Shown here piece by piece: positions 34,160 to 46,585 of a DNA stretch of 64,000 nucleotides. This stretch comes from Neoechinorhynchus agilis (Eukaryota > Animalia > Acanthocephala), in contig CM121343.1 in NCBI GenBank assembly GCA_051530055.1, forward strand, positions 4,000,389-4,064,388, given 5' to 3'. The notes beneath the pieces were generated by a model. That model was not told where the DNA came from. It made no database searches and saw only the letters and a program-made list of their open reading frames with translations. The first letter of the stretch is position 1, and the number at the start of each line of letters is the position of its first letter. Position numbers and translations under genes: made by a program.

Positions 34160-36344
34160 TTAGACTAAAAGAAAAACCCTACACGTTTCATCATCTCCAG
34201 TCGTCGTTGAATTCTGTGCGTGATCCTCACGTATTAGAATTTCATACTCTTCAGCTGCATAACGAACCCAATTGCTTATTGGTGGACGCTCCGGTCCCTA
34301 AAGAAATCGTATTTCAACTAGAATCGTTATTCAACAACAACAACAAAGCAACAAACCGCCGTGTCAGCGAATGGGTCCTTTTGGTCATGATCAAGATATT
34401 TATGGATGTTTATGAAGGTGTCGAAAAAGAGGTGGGCCATTTTGCTTCGTTTCAAATCCATTAAACGTATTTTATTAACTTCCACTGGTCTAATCATGTC
34501 AAACATTTGACACATTAGGTCTTCAAACTGCATAAACTCGTAATTTAATTTCTCCAGTTGTTGAATCTGTTCCTCGTAAAAGTATTCCAGTTCGTACATG
34601 GACAATACGCCGTCACCGTCAGTGTCCATGATACGGAACCAGTACTCAATGCTAAATTAAGAAGGCAAAAGAATTTAATTTGTCACTCTAAAGTCCGATT
34701 CGTCATCAAAGAATGAAAACCCAGTTATGCTGACGGTTAATAAATGCTGCTTTTTTGCATTAAACCCATTTAGAGGACATGTTTCAACGCCATGACTCTA
34801 TGGGTTTTCGTGAGGAGAGTGTATTTCCAATAATTTAGCAATAGTAAAAGATCCATTCTTTTGACCATTTCATTTCTTAGAGTGATGTTTACCTTGTACT
34901 TTGTAATTTGTCCTCTTCAGCGATTAGAAACCATACAAATTCCCAGTAAGACATTCGTCCCTGCCTTATCCTTTCCGTGTTGTACACGGCGGCACCGCTG
35001 AATATTCGATCAATAATTCGTTTTGATATGGCTCTGTTATTATGTTCATAAAGGTCCAAATTTGAAATGAACAAATCGTGATCTGTGTCAATGTCCCAGA
35101 ATTTACAGTAAATGACATAAAAGTGCTCATAAGAAAAGTAATCAGTCATTCGATTAATATCATTCTCGGTTTCCAGTTGTTCAATAGAGTCAAGGATATT
35201 GCTGTTTCTTAGTTCTCCAACAGTAATTTTTCCGTTCCATGATCGATTTACACTAAAATAGATTCTAGATATGACCTGTATATGATATGAACGCGTTTCA
35301 GAATGAAAATAATATGGGAAAAAAGAGGCAAACCGTTATGCAATAGCGAGAAATGAATTCCTTTGCCTTTTTTAAAAACTCCAATCCCGGATGTGTGTTT
35401 ACCACGTCGAGCATAAAGTGATCCCAGTCCTTGCTTTCGATCTTGTTTCGCTCATTGGACTTTCCCGCGGTGATAAGAGTGAGAAATTGCGAACAGCGAT
35501 CATTACAGCGATCGTATAGCCGGCTCCATACATTGTGGACTTGGTCGTATGTAATGTTCTCGCTTCGCCGACGACCACCCACAGCTCTGTACAGTAAGCT
35601 TTTCCAGTATAACGGAAGACCGATACATTTGGCAATCTCACCGAAATCATGGTATCGAGCTAATTGATTCGAGAAGCCGGCAAACATGACTTTGAGGTCA
35701 GAAGCCCAGGAGGACCTTGACCCGTACTTTTTTCGGTACAATTGTCGGTAAGGAATAACTGTAAAGTGACCAATGGATAAAGGTTCGTCTTCGGAACCAG
35801 TGCCATCTTTCTCTCCCTCTTGCTGCTGCTGCTGCTGCTGCGTGGTCATGGTCGTCGTCGTCGTTGGTGTTTCGGTCGTCGTATCGTCCAAGGTAGTGAA
35901 AGTGACGACAGGCAACACGGACGAGACGGATAAACTACTTTGTTGATGATAGATTGGCGGTGCCGGTAAGTGTGGTCTATCCGGTGACGACGGCGAAGAT
36001 GATCCAGCACAGACTTCAGCGTTTTCAACTTTGGTCGAAACATAATCGCCTTTCGCAAGTCGCAAAGAGTCTTCACACTTTACAAATGAGGTGGAACCAT
36101 TTTCGAAATTAGAGAGCGCTCCTCTGAGAACGTCTTGAGTCTCCTGTTGAGTAAGCCACCTCAAGAACAGCTCATTCACTTTGCTTTGAAAAGAAGTCCT
36201 ATAATCACTGCTCTGCTGACAGGAAGAATGCGATGATGTATTCGACGAAGACGAGGATTGGCTGGTGGGGCTGATCACTCGCGATCCGTTAGTTCGTTCG
36301 ATTAAATTCGATGATTGCAACCTTTGACCGGAAGGGCCATTCAT
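34160..36344 (-). CDS. PPP2R3: PP2A regulatory subunit B'' (PR72/PR130 family, EF-hand), 4 exons
   Basis: VNTHPGLEFLK, YFSYEHFYVIYCKFWDIDTDHDL, RIIDRIFSG, EFVWFLIAEEDK, IEYWFRIMDTDGDGVLSMYELEYFYEEQ and DPFA...NWVRYAAEEYEIL; three GT-AG introns; last exon 34297-34160. Confidence 0.93.
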
Positions 36345-36631
36345 GGTTCGTACTTCGTGGTGCAGATGGTTCGCAATTCCATTATTGTTGTTCCATGCTT
36401 CCGTGATTGTTGTTAAAGCGTTCGTATTCTTTCGTGTTTCTGCTCGCCCGTGATCGTGTCCGTCGTCCGTTTCATTTTCAAAAAAAAGACGTTCCTTCTA
36501 AAATGAGTATTTATTGGAAACCATTCCGTTCGAAAGATTAGGTGCGTGTTTATAAGAAGCCAATCTCACACGTATAACTAACAATACACTTATAATCACA
36601 TATCTCGCTTAATGCGCTCATCACCCGTTCA

Positions 36632-39600
36632 TCAATCCTTCCTCCGCATAGCGTACTTTTGCAATAAAAGCGGATTGGTCGGCGTGTTCATGATCAAGCG
36701 CCGCCTTTCTTCACGTGCTTTGACCTTCATCTCTTCCAACTCAGCGTCGCTCTGGGGTAAATGCCGATTTGTGGTGATGGGGGCAGTGGTGGCCGTCGCC
36801 GTCGCCGCCGCCGCCGCAGCAGCCGCCGCCGGCTTACGCTGGTTCTCAGAAGCCATCAATCGACCGTCCTTACCGACGACGGAACCGCTCATTGTACACT
36901 CACGACTCCTATTCACCATGTATTCCCCCCCTCCCCGCCTTATTCCTCCAACGTCACCTCCTACCCTGCCTCCTACTACCATTGTCGTCGTTTGTCGACG
37001 CATGTTAGAGGAGCTCATGCTCGAAGAATCATTCCGAGATTCCCGATTCCTATCTGCTGGGAAATCCCGATTGATCACTCCAGATCTACGCTCAGGAATA
37101 CCCTTAGTCATATTCTCAACTTGTTTCGATTCCTTCGTTGCCGATATCCTCAACAAACGCTCACGAATCTCAGTCGCCGACTCATGGTGCGTCTCACGTT
37201 GCAATGAAGCTTCTTGCTTCACTGCAACCGGCGATGGGGATTCACTCAACCTTCCAAGAGCCATTCCATCAGGTTGTTGCTTAGTTAGCGAATAACCCGT
37301 GTCTTTGGTCGGCGTTTTCAATCGATCACCTGCTGCCACCGCCATAGGCGGCCTCAACCGGACCTTTTTCCGTTCTGGGTGACCTGCTTTCCTTTCATCA
37401 CCCTTCTTAGGAGATCTTCTCCGTCTTACTGCTTTTGAAGAATCGTGGTTCAACAACTGTAATTGACCGCTTTTCCGTTGATTTTCTGAAGACCCGTGCG
37501 GCGGACTACTTCTGTTTTTCCGCTTTTGTGGTTTCATTCTTTTACCCTGGTGACTATTGCCTGGGAGTACCGACTGGGTCCTTTGCTGCTGTCGTTGTTG
37601 CACGTAATGCTGAGAAGATTCGGTCTGTGGTAGTGAACTAGACGAAGGAAGGTGTGGTTGTGAACTATAAGAAGCCTGCGACTGCCTATTGTTGACCATA
37701 GAGGTCGGCTGATTCGTTGTGGACGACGGAACTGTTGGCTTCGGAGGAGTATACTGCAATGCCCGAAGTCTTTTAAGCTTTGCATCACGAAGAGCCGTGC
37801 CGTATGCCTCATGCTTTGATGCCACGTATTCGCGGACTTGTGTAATGACCTCTTGGCTCATTTTGTCAAAGGGAATCTCCAGTGCTTCGAAGTCACTTTC
37901 TTCCAATATTGATTGGATGTTTGGAATCAAAAGTAAAAGAGGCAAAAGATCATCCTGAGACAATTCCTGGATGCATTTTGATAAGTACTCTTCCTCAGCG
38001 AAGTTCATTTTAAAATTCGTCATATCTTCAATCGTCATTTCATTCACGTCTTTATCAGGCAATACGCATTCCTCGCCTTTACTGCTTTTATCCTTCTTAT
38101 GTTTACTGCTCTGAGACGTCGTTGAAGAATCATCCACTGGAGGTGCAATAAAGGATTTTGCTGTCCCTACCGTACCTTCGGATTTAAAAAAAGTTTGTTG
38201 CTTTATTGGCGGCGGTTTGACCTTCCTAGCCATCTCTTCCTTTCTATGTACATTTTCAGTGATACTTGATTTAAAAGTTCCGTTATTTCTGGCTTCTAAG
38301 ATGACAGGATCCCTGATTTCAACCAATTTCGCCTCAGCTAAAGGAGCGGCGATCACTTCTCTTATAGGCGCCTCTGCTGGCCTCTGCTTATAGCCACTTA
38401 CGGTAACCATCAATGGTTCCGCGCCTGATTTTGAAGGGGATAATTCGTCCTTTGCTTGAGCATTACAAACTAATACATCGGATGAAAGCTTTTTCCGCTT
38501 AGCTTCAATATCTTCTAATCGACCGGATGCTATTTCAAATTCAGAACATTTAATCCGTTCCGACTTTCGAGAGGAACTCGTCTGCCGGATTCTTCGTTTT
38601 CTGGCTAGTGGCGTTCTTGGGGGTACCTGTGCGTTATCATCCAGAAGACTTTCTCCGATCTCTATCATAAATTCCAAATTCTCAATAATAACTTCGGCTC
38701 GTTCAATATCCACTACATGAGAAACTGAAGTTCTTAGACGTGTCATAATATTGTCAAGGGTATCAATATTCTTCACTATTGCCGCCGAAACCTCGTCAAA
38801 TGCACCACACTTCTCATCATCACGCGTCTCTTGGGTAACCACCACCTCTTTTGCTAGTAATCGTGGTTGAGTTGGTACCGCAGCAACGGCAGAAGAAGAA
38901 AGCGGCGGTGGGCTGGGCGACGGCACCGATGGTGGTTGCGGCGGCGGCGGCGGCGGTGGTGGTGGTTGCGGCGGCGGCGGCAGCGGCGGTGGACTTGGCA
39001 GTGGAAGTGTTTGCTGTGTTGTTTCTTCCAAAACGGCTTCCGGCACGATCGGAGCAACTGGTTGCGGCGCTGAAGGAATGGTTGGCACGGTGGCTGCTGA
39101 ATCTACGGCTACATCTTCTGACTGGGTGGTTGTGTTGTCAAGTTTTATGATATTTGTTGAAAGTTCACTCAATAGTTTCTCCGCGGCCTGCTCGAATTTT
39201 CTCCCAAGTCGGCCATAGAAAGATCCTCTGCCGTTATAATCATAGCAGTTGGCCACGATCAATCGTAAGTCTGCCTTGAACAACTCTACGTCGTCACCAT
39301 ACTCAATTGAATAAATTTTGGACTTTATTGTTGATAAATCCATAGGATTTTTTATGATTTGAAAATAATCGTCAATTCGTAGAATACTTCGGTCGAGTGG
39401 TGCATGAAAAGGCTGCGTGAACGAGTACTTTACAGGGTCGGTTAGCAAATCGTCAACGACTTGCAAGCATAATGTCATTTTAGCAGACAGTGGAGCGATT
39501 GGTGCGGCCAGCAGAGGTGGTGGTGGTGGTGGTGGCGGCGGTGGTGGTTTTGCAGTACTCTGTGCAGCGACGGTTAAATCAGTTTCATTCACAGTTGTAG

Positions 39601-40360
39601 CACACGGAGGGGCATTGGGCTGTACAGCGGAAGCTGCCTTCACAGACTGACGTTGACTCGGTAACGGTTGTGGTGGTAATGGATTTGATTCCGCGAGTGC
39701 CGATCTGTTGTTTTTTTCAACAACTTTTCTTCGCTTTAATTGTTTGTTTGTTGCGCCGTATTCGTTAGGAGGCGAATCGAGTGAGAACAGTTCAGCGAGA
39801 GACTCCTTAGTTCGTTTTCTTCGGTTTTTCTGAACCGTCGTGGACGACTGAGTAGGCAAAGAGTGTGTCCTCAAATCGGGACTTTCGAAGGATAACATCA
39901 GCTCTTCCCTGAAGCAGCAGGCTAAGCCGCGGCACATTACGTGGACGTCCTCCGATGGTTTATTGTAAACCATGCAATTAAGCAACATAATGTTAACGTC
40001 AGAAATAAATTCGTTCTGATTCGTATAATAGTCACCGTTGAGTTTTTCGCGAATTGTCTGTAAGTCCATCGGTTTACCCACAATGCTCGGGTAGTCCGGT
40101 AAATCAAGCCCAAAATCAAATACCGGTTTATGGAATGGCCAAGCATATTTATAACGGTGAACTATATTCCATGTAGTCTTAGCAGCGAGTAAGCCATTTG
40201 TCTGTCTTGTCACACCTTCGCTGGAAGCAAGAAGACCAGCGATCTCGATGCTCAACCTCGTCGCCGCTAATTGATCATTTTCATGTTTATCGTTTACCTT
40301 GGATAAATCCGCTGATGCCGCCGCCACATTTCCTTCCTTATCTAACACATCGGACTCCAT
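36632..40360 (-). CDS. BET-family double-bromodomain protein (BRD4/fs(1)h long-form-like), single exon
   Basis: BD1 AWPFHKPV...PDYPSIVGKPMDLQTIREKL...NCMVYNKP; BD2 PFHAPLD...DYFQIIKNPMDLSTIKSKI...NCYDYN; ET-like MNFAEEEYLSKCIQEL...LEIPFDKM; C-terminal AREERRRL resembling the BRD4 CTM. First ATG 40360. Confidence 0.88.
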   Translation of the reverse strand: MESDVLDKEGNVAAASADLSKVNDKHENDQLAATRLSIEIAGLLASSEGVTRQTNGLLAAKTTWNIVHRYKYAWPFHKPVFDFGLDLPDYPSIVGKPMDLQTIREKLNGDYYTNQNEFISDVNIMLLNCMVYNKPSEDVHVMCRGLACCFREELMLSFESPDLRTHSLPTQSSTTVQKNRRKRTKESLAELFSLDSPPNEYGATNKQLKRRKVVEKNNRSALAESNPLPPQPLPSQRQSVKAASAVQPNAPPCATTVNETDLTVAAQSTAKPPPPPPPPPPPLLAAPIAPLSAKMTLCLQVVDDLLTDPVKYSFTQPFHAPLDRSILRIDDYFQIIKNPMDLSTIKSKIYSIEYGDDVELFKADLRLIVANCYDYNGRGSFYGRLGRKFEQAAEKLLSELSTNIIKLDNTTTQSEDVAVDSAATVPTIPSAPQPVAPIVPEAVLEETTQQTLPLPSPPPLPPPPQPPPPPPPPPQPPSVPSPSPPPLSSSAVAAVPTQPRLLAKEVVVTQETRDDEKCGAFDEVSAAIVKNIDTLDNIMTRLRTSVSHVVDIERAEVIIENLEFMIEIGESLLDDNAQVPPRTPLARKRRIRQTSSSRKSERIKCSEFEIASGRLEDIEAKRKKLSSDVLVCNAQAKDELSPSKSGAEPLMVTVSGYKQRPAEAPIREVIAAPLAEAKLVEIRDPVILEARNNGTFKSSITENVHRKEEMARKVKPPPIKQQTFFKSEGTVGTAKSFIAPPVDDSSTTSQSSKHKKDKSSKGEECVLPDKDVNEMTIEDMTNFKMNFAEEEYLSKCIQELSQDDLLPLLLLIPNIQSILEESDFEALEIPFDKMSQEVITQVREYVASKHEAYGTALRDAKLKRLRALQYTPPKPTVPSSTTNQPTSMVNNRQSQASYSSQPHLPSSSSLPQTESSQHYVQQRQQQRTQSVLPGNSHQGKRMKPQKRKNRSSPPHGSSENQRKSGQLQLLNHDSSKAVRRRRSPKKGDERKAGHPERKKVRLRPPMAVAAGDRLKTPTKDTGYSLTKQQPDGMALGRLSESPSPVAVKQEASLQRETHHESATEIRERLLRISATKESKQVENMTKGIPERRSGVINRDFPADRNRESRNDSSSMSSSNMRRQTTTMVVGGRVGGDVGGIRRGGGEYMVNRSRECTMSGSVVGKDGRLMASENQRKPAAAAAAAAATATATTAPITTNRHLPQSDAELEEMKVKAREERRRLIMNTPTNPLLLQKYAMRRKD

Positions 40361-42588
40361 AGCGGTGAACGATTGTGTAGCCCTCAATCGAAATGTCTCT
40401 GACAAAAATGTGATCAGGGATTGTGGCTTAACAAAAATCAATCAGAAAAAATCAATCAAAATGGAAGAACGTTAAAGGTGACTCCTTTAAGAGTGCCCAT
40501 CTACAGAGGAAGAATTGAAATTCTACCCCCTCAGGTCCCCAGGGAACATTCTTCGAGAGTATGAACTCTTGGGGAAATAACGACGATCTCATGATTTTCG
40601 TGTTTCTATGGTGTCTGTGGAAGTAAATCAGAACTTTCTAAGCCTTCCTGAACGGAATACCGAGAGCACCATTCATGTCACATTGAACTATGCACAAAAC
40701 GATTATGCCGGAAATTTAGAATGAAACTAACGATATACCGAGATCTTGAGTAAAAAAGAATCTTCGAGTGACAAGAAAAATAACCCAGCAGCTAAAAGTG
40801 CCATTTTTAACAATTGTGGCAAAAAATTGACGAGGCAACTATTGGGAACCACTACCCAACGATATTGAGCTATCGGGACGCTCATGAAAATAACGCGTTT
40901 TACGAGAGGGGATTCTTCCGTGGATATAGCGAGCTATCAAATACACTTTAGGCCCTAATCCAAGAGCACTCAAAGTTAAACAAATGTTGGAATTTAACCC
41001 TTTTTTTGTTAGAATGTAGTTTCAACGTGGAACAATTGGGTGGTGGGCTTTGATATTAAGAGTGAGAAATTTCGGCCTTAAGGAGTGTTTGTGAACTTTT
41101 TTCTATTCCTCTCTGGCTCACACGATTGCACGTTCGCTTCTTTTTGTTGTAAAAATTTAAATATGAAGCCGAAACAGCGAGGAAGAGGAATCCTAACACC
41201 TACGTCATCTACGTTGCTATGACGTCAACTTAAGTGCGCAATTGTAAACGTTATGAAGTGTGTTAAAATGATAGCGCTTCTCCAAAATATCGAACGGCGG
41301 GAATACCTTATCTTTGAAATTGTCACAACCTCGTCGTACTCTTTCCATTTGTTCCTTGATAATACTTCATTTGACCAAAAAAAGCATAGTCAGACCGGAG
41401 ACTTTCGGACATCTAGCAAATTCACGGAGATCAACATGGAGTCTAAACTCAAAACGATATTTTTCTCGCAAAGTTATTTAATAGCGGTCTTAATTTCCAT
41501 TTGTATCAGAAATGTGTCCGTCGTCCCGTGGATTTTTACCTTTGACGTCACCGATTCTTGTACCAATTTTAGCGCACAGTGAATGTTTCTAGACCTCCTT
41601 ACATATCGACCATTCTATCGGGGTTTTTGATGATTAACCCATACAAAATCTTGAGAATTTTTCATTTCTAAAATTCGTACGCTATTAGAAATTATAGTTG
41701 TAGGCAATACCTTGGATAATCGCCGAATTTAATCGAACGTCTGTCCTTCCACTCTGCTTCCAAGAACCATGCTTAAAAGCTGATGAGAAACCTTCAGGTC
41801 GTTGAAAAAAGAGGAACTTGAAGCTCTTTACAGTTTTCCGCTCGGTTGGGCTCTTCTACTGTCCAGCAGAAATCTACGAAAGTTGGCAACTAGAAGAACC
41901 CACTGCAGATTCGATGACGGCGCGGATCTTATAATTCGACCGAACGGATGGGTCCCCAGGATAAAAGCGGTATTTTATTGAGATATTTCGAAAGAGGAAG
42001 CCTCGTCAGTCATCTTAAAAGGTTTGTGTTCAGGTTCGCAGAGGATCGCCATTCCCGAGGTTTGAAGACCGCGTGTCCACTCGTACAAACGAGGTGAGGC
42101 CTCCTCGCTAAATATCTTCAATAAAATATGTGTGTTTTAAAGGAATAATTGATTAAATCTGCAATTTAGGTCATTTCATTGCCTTTGCTGCAAAAAGGAG
42201 GGTTATGGCATAACTGCGATGAAACTCACGTCTTTAGTTTTAAATCCGAAATGGAGCAATGGATCGGTAGAGCCTTAAACCGGTCGCTAATGAACTAGCA
42301 CGTCTACTACTTTCAGTTAATGCTGTGGCACTGATGTAGAAGGAGCCATTAATTCTTGTGGTCAGTATGGTACCGTTTTTCTCTTGGAAAATCTTAGATT
42401 TTACGTAAGGATATGTTTATAAATTATGGAACATCTCCATTACCTTTTGCTCGCATCTAATCTGAGACTAAATCGTCGATCTCAATTTATCTGGAAAACG
42501 CGCACTCTGATCGCTTCCACACGTACGATTAAAATTGTCGTTGAATTAAAAAAAATATATAATGAAAACATTTTTGCATCCACAATCT

Positions 42589-42753
42589 GGGGCTCAGTGG
42601 CATAAGCACGCTCAAAATGCGCTCGATAGGTCGTTGGGTTCCACGGGGGTCGCGAGGCTGCTCTAAGGGTGGGGTCAGGTTTTGAGATCGCCCATTGACC
42701 CCATGCCCTTCGAGGGCGACTAAGCGCTTCCGAAAGTTAGCCAAGAGGCCCCC
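42589..42753 (+). mobile_element. GC-rich tRNA-derived SINE-like sequence (duplicated at ~47787-47951)
   Basis: A-box-like GGGGCTCAGTGG followed ~40 nt later by degenerate B-box GGGTTCCACG, in an isolated GC-rich patch; no cloverleaf. Confidence 0.3.
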
Positions 42754-42815
42754 AAAAAAAGATTGCGATTTAAGATAATAAATCCACAAGATGGAAACAG
42801 AACATTTATCAAACG

Positions 42816-45503
42816 CTATTTGAGTTCACTTCCACGGTCATTCTTATAATCGTTCAAGGTGCTTCTCAAGACTTTGACCGTTCGAAACATAAATATTTTA
42901 CGCTGCGTACTATATGGCAATAAGTGAACATTGACATTCTCGTCCATACAAATTTGATCAGTACATTCCTCCAGGTCCTTGTAAGCCGAAACATCACTGA
43001 ACACACTGAAATCGTTTGTAACACAATCCGTATTGGCTTTGGCACAAACTCTGAGTTCGCATATGTATTTATACATCTTCTTGATAAGATTTATCATTAA
43101 TAAGATAATCTTGTCGCTGACGAGCTGTCTAAACTTGTACCTGACTAAGGTGTGCGAATGAATTGAAACTCCAAGTATCAAAGCCGTATATGCTGCCAAA
43201 AGACTGTTGTGAAAACTCGTGAGGCAACGTGATTTCAATAAGGATATCCCATCCATACCAGACTGCGATTCTTTATTGCAATAATCGTTGAATGTGGGTA
43301 GTCTTTAGAGATTTTTTTGATTTTAACATCTATTACAAAAAATATCTATCGTGCTCATCTTTATCAATCACTTTAGACGATAGTAAAAAACCGAAAAATT
43401 CAAGGCAATATATTACAAGAAAACGTTTATAAAATTTAGTAATGTGGAACCTCTTAATAATCGATGAACAAATCCATTAGCATTCGAATTACTGAGTTGA
43501 GAAGCGGTTAGGTAATAAACTTAAATATAAGAGGAGAACCCAGGACTAAGAAGAATGAAATTTAAACATCAACGTTTACAGTCTTAAGAGCATCGTCGAA
43601 GCATTTGAAATTTTCTGAGTCTTGTTTCACGACTTGCCCGATTTTCAATTGAAAAAACCTCGTTAAAGATCCCAGGAGGTCAAGAGAATCCGATTCCTGC
43701 GATTGCTTAAGTAGAGACTTGAATAGTGGATTCTTCGGGTCTACTGAAAAATTGCCGAGACTGCATAATAAGAGATAAGAAATTGTATAAGAGCGTGGTT
43801 CTGGATCGGATCCAAACTTCTTTATGGTGGTAATCATGTCTTTTAAGAAATCCATTGACGAATCGTTTAAGATCCTTTCCGAAACGGCATGCGATCGTGA
43901 CGTTAAATGGAACAAAACCCAACAAGCGTTCTCCACTATTTCGTTCGTCAGCATATCAATGGAATGGATAGAAATAACGTCCTTTAAAATGATTCCAATA
44001 GATTCCGCCAAGGAAAGTGCGGAAGCAATGTCATTTATTATTTTGCTCGAAAACCTCCCTTCGCTTTCATACATTCCAGTTACGGACGAAATTATACTGT
44101 TGACAATGGTAAAATACTTAAGCATAAGGAGTGATTTCCAACTTGTTAGATGAATGATTTTCGAAGAGGAGATGTTAACAACTGTCATACATTGAATCTC
44201 CTTTATTACATATTGGTTGAGCCGAGTTAAGTAATCGACTAGAGTTAATTGTGCTTGTTCAGAAAAAGAATCAATCGCACGATTTCCTTCGTCGGACAAG
44301 ATTGAGAAATCACTTAGACTGTCATGTAGGCCTTCAGAATGGTTTCCTAATATTTTGTTCGCGTGAATAAATTTACATACTTTTGCAACAACATCAGCAA
44401 TTAAAAGATTACATGACATTTCAGACAAATAATAACGAGTAAGTTCTTTTTCTGCAGGTGGAATCGCTCGAGACAGTATACTGCAGAATTTAGGAACGGA
44501 GTACTGTTGATATCGTCGAGAGTATTCCACCAAATCACAAAGTAATTGGAAATATTCAATCAGAATGTCAGGAGAACACGGGATGACCGATTGGTGAATT
44601 GTCATCGCCCATACAAGTACAAGAATAGGTTGAAAAAGAATGCGTTCGCCATGAACGCTAACATTTATCTCATGAGCCGTTTTTGCCAGGGAAAGTACAA
44701 TGTTCTCACCAAAACACCCTTTCCGTTCAGATTTATGTTCGATTGACTCCAATTGCGGAATCAATATCCTATCGAGTAAAGCATCGATTTCCTCTAACGT
44801 CAAAAAACAGATTTTCGTTATCGATTGTAACAAGAACTCAAAATTTACGATATGGATTTTCTCTCGATATGATTAATAGATGCTTTGTATCGATAATTTG
44901 AAGACAAGATTAATTCAAACCAACTGTGAGAACATCTCAGGTGTTTTTTACATTAACTACAGCCAATATGACAAAAAATAAATTTAACAAAACCCCCACC
45001 TAAATGGAAACTTCGCATAATGCCCTAGGAAAATCTCAATTGTTAAAAAATAGAAAATCTGTTCTTGTGGCGTGTAATTTAGCACTCGCCAAAAATCTTT
45101 TCGACGTTATAACTTCCATGTGTCGCTCAGCATTGGCAATAAAGTTCGCTATAAACTGTTCCTCGTTGTTCTTTTCCATTTCGAGAAGTTTTAATCGAAG
45201 TGCAGCAATCTCAGCGGTTTCAATAACTACTACATCATCGTTTCCATTTGCCGATTTCGTACGTTTTCCATCAAAATCGACTTTTATGCGATGATCAGGC
45301 ACCGTATCGAGTGTATCATCTTTAGGCGGCGGCGGCAACCTTCCCATCGAAGAATCCTTCTTCTCACTACTTTGACCACACTTATTTTCCTCGGCTAACC
45401 TAGCCGCAAGCTTCAAACTTGCAGATTTTACGATCTTACCAAAGGCTCGATCCCGGTGCCCAGTCGTGTTCTTTGAAGTATTCTTCTTTTCGGATGTGGG
45501 CAT
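42816..45503 (-). CDS. WAPL: Probable WAPL (cohesin release factor), multi-exon, divergent
   Basis: FHNSLLAAYTALILG...MINLIKKMYKYI resembles the WAPL C-terminus (DCIVASYTALLLG...MTEMLKKFLSFM). VLFHLTSRSHAVSERI and PEPRSYTISYLLLCSLGNF resemble VLLNLTNDNEWGSTKT and PQEQRFDIRVLGLGLLINL. Whether ORF 45036-45503 is the first exon is not resolved. Confidence 0.6.
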
Positions 45504-45855
45504 ATCTCTTGAAGATCACTAAATGTGGACCAATTCAATCGCTCACAAGCTAAGCCACACGATGCATGAATGAAAAATTAAAACGATAAAACCACAAAAC
45601 CAGTGTTAAGGCGAAAAAACCCATTAACGACCAAATCGATCGTCGATGATGCAATTAAACAAAAATATTAATTTTCCTTCTTTCGCGGCAATGTTCCATC
45701 ATGAAATTTCACTGCGATTTGTACGAATGTTCGAACTTATAGATTAGATCTTTTTTTAAAAAAAATGTCCCCACATTTGAATTTTTTAACATTACGCATC
45801 GTCCTTCTTAGTTGAAGGCCACTAAGTTGCCAAATTGTTCAATAATCCATTCGAG

Positions 45856-46585
45856 CGGTGCCTGATCATCGCATAAAAGTCGATTTTGATGGAAAACGTA
45901 CGAAATCGGCAAATGGAAACGATGATGTAGTAGTTATTGAAACCGCTGAGATTGCTGCACTTCGATTAAAACTTCTCGAAATGGAAAAGAACAACGAGGA
46001 ACAGTTTATAGCGAACTTTATTGCCAATGCTGAGCGGCACATGGAAGTTATAACGTCGAAAAGATTTTTGGCGAGTGCTAAATTACACGCCGCAAGAACA
46101 GATTTTCTATTTTTTAACAATTGAGATTTTCCTAGGGCATTATGCGAAGTTTCCATTTAGGTAGGGGTTTTGTTAAATTTATTTTTTGTCATATTGGCTG
46201 TAGTTAATGTAAAAAACACCTGAGATGTTCTCACAGTTGGTTTGAATTAATCTTGTCTTCAAATTATCGATACAAAGCATCTATTAATCATATCGAGAGA
46301 AAATCCATATCGTAAATTTTGAGTTCTTGTTACAATCGATAACGAAAATCTGTTTTTTGACGTTAGAGGAAATCGATGCTTTACTCGATAGGATATTGAT
46401 TCCGCAATTGGAGTCAATCGAACATAAATCTGAACGGAAAGGGTGTTTTGGTGAGAACATTGTACTTTCCCTGGCAAAAACGGCTCATGAGATAAATGTT
46501 AGCGTCCATGGCGAACGCATTCTTTTTCAACCTATTCTTGTACTTGTATGGGCGATGACAATTCACCAATCGGTCATCCCGTGTT
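45856..46585 (+). pseudogene. Inverted copy (730 bp) of 44575-45304, 5' region of the WAPL-like locus
   Basis: Reverse-complement match with about 4 substitutions seen (e.g. HATRT vs HAART); duplicated ORFs 45858-46124 and 46327-46587. Confidence 0.93.

Noticed and set aside
36612-39650. Plus-strand ORFs with poly-Ala, Arg or Gly runs
   Set aside because: Antisense shadows of low-complexity codons in the BET gene.
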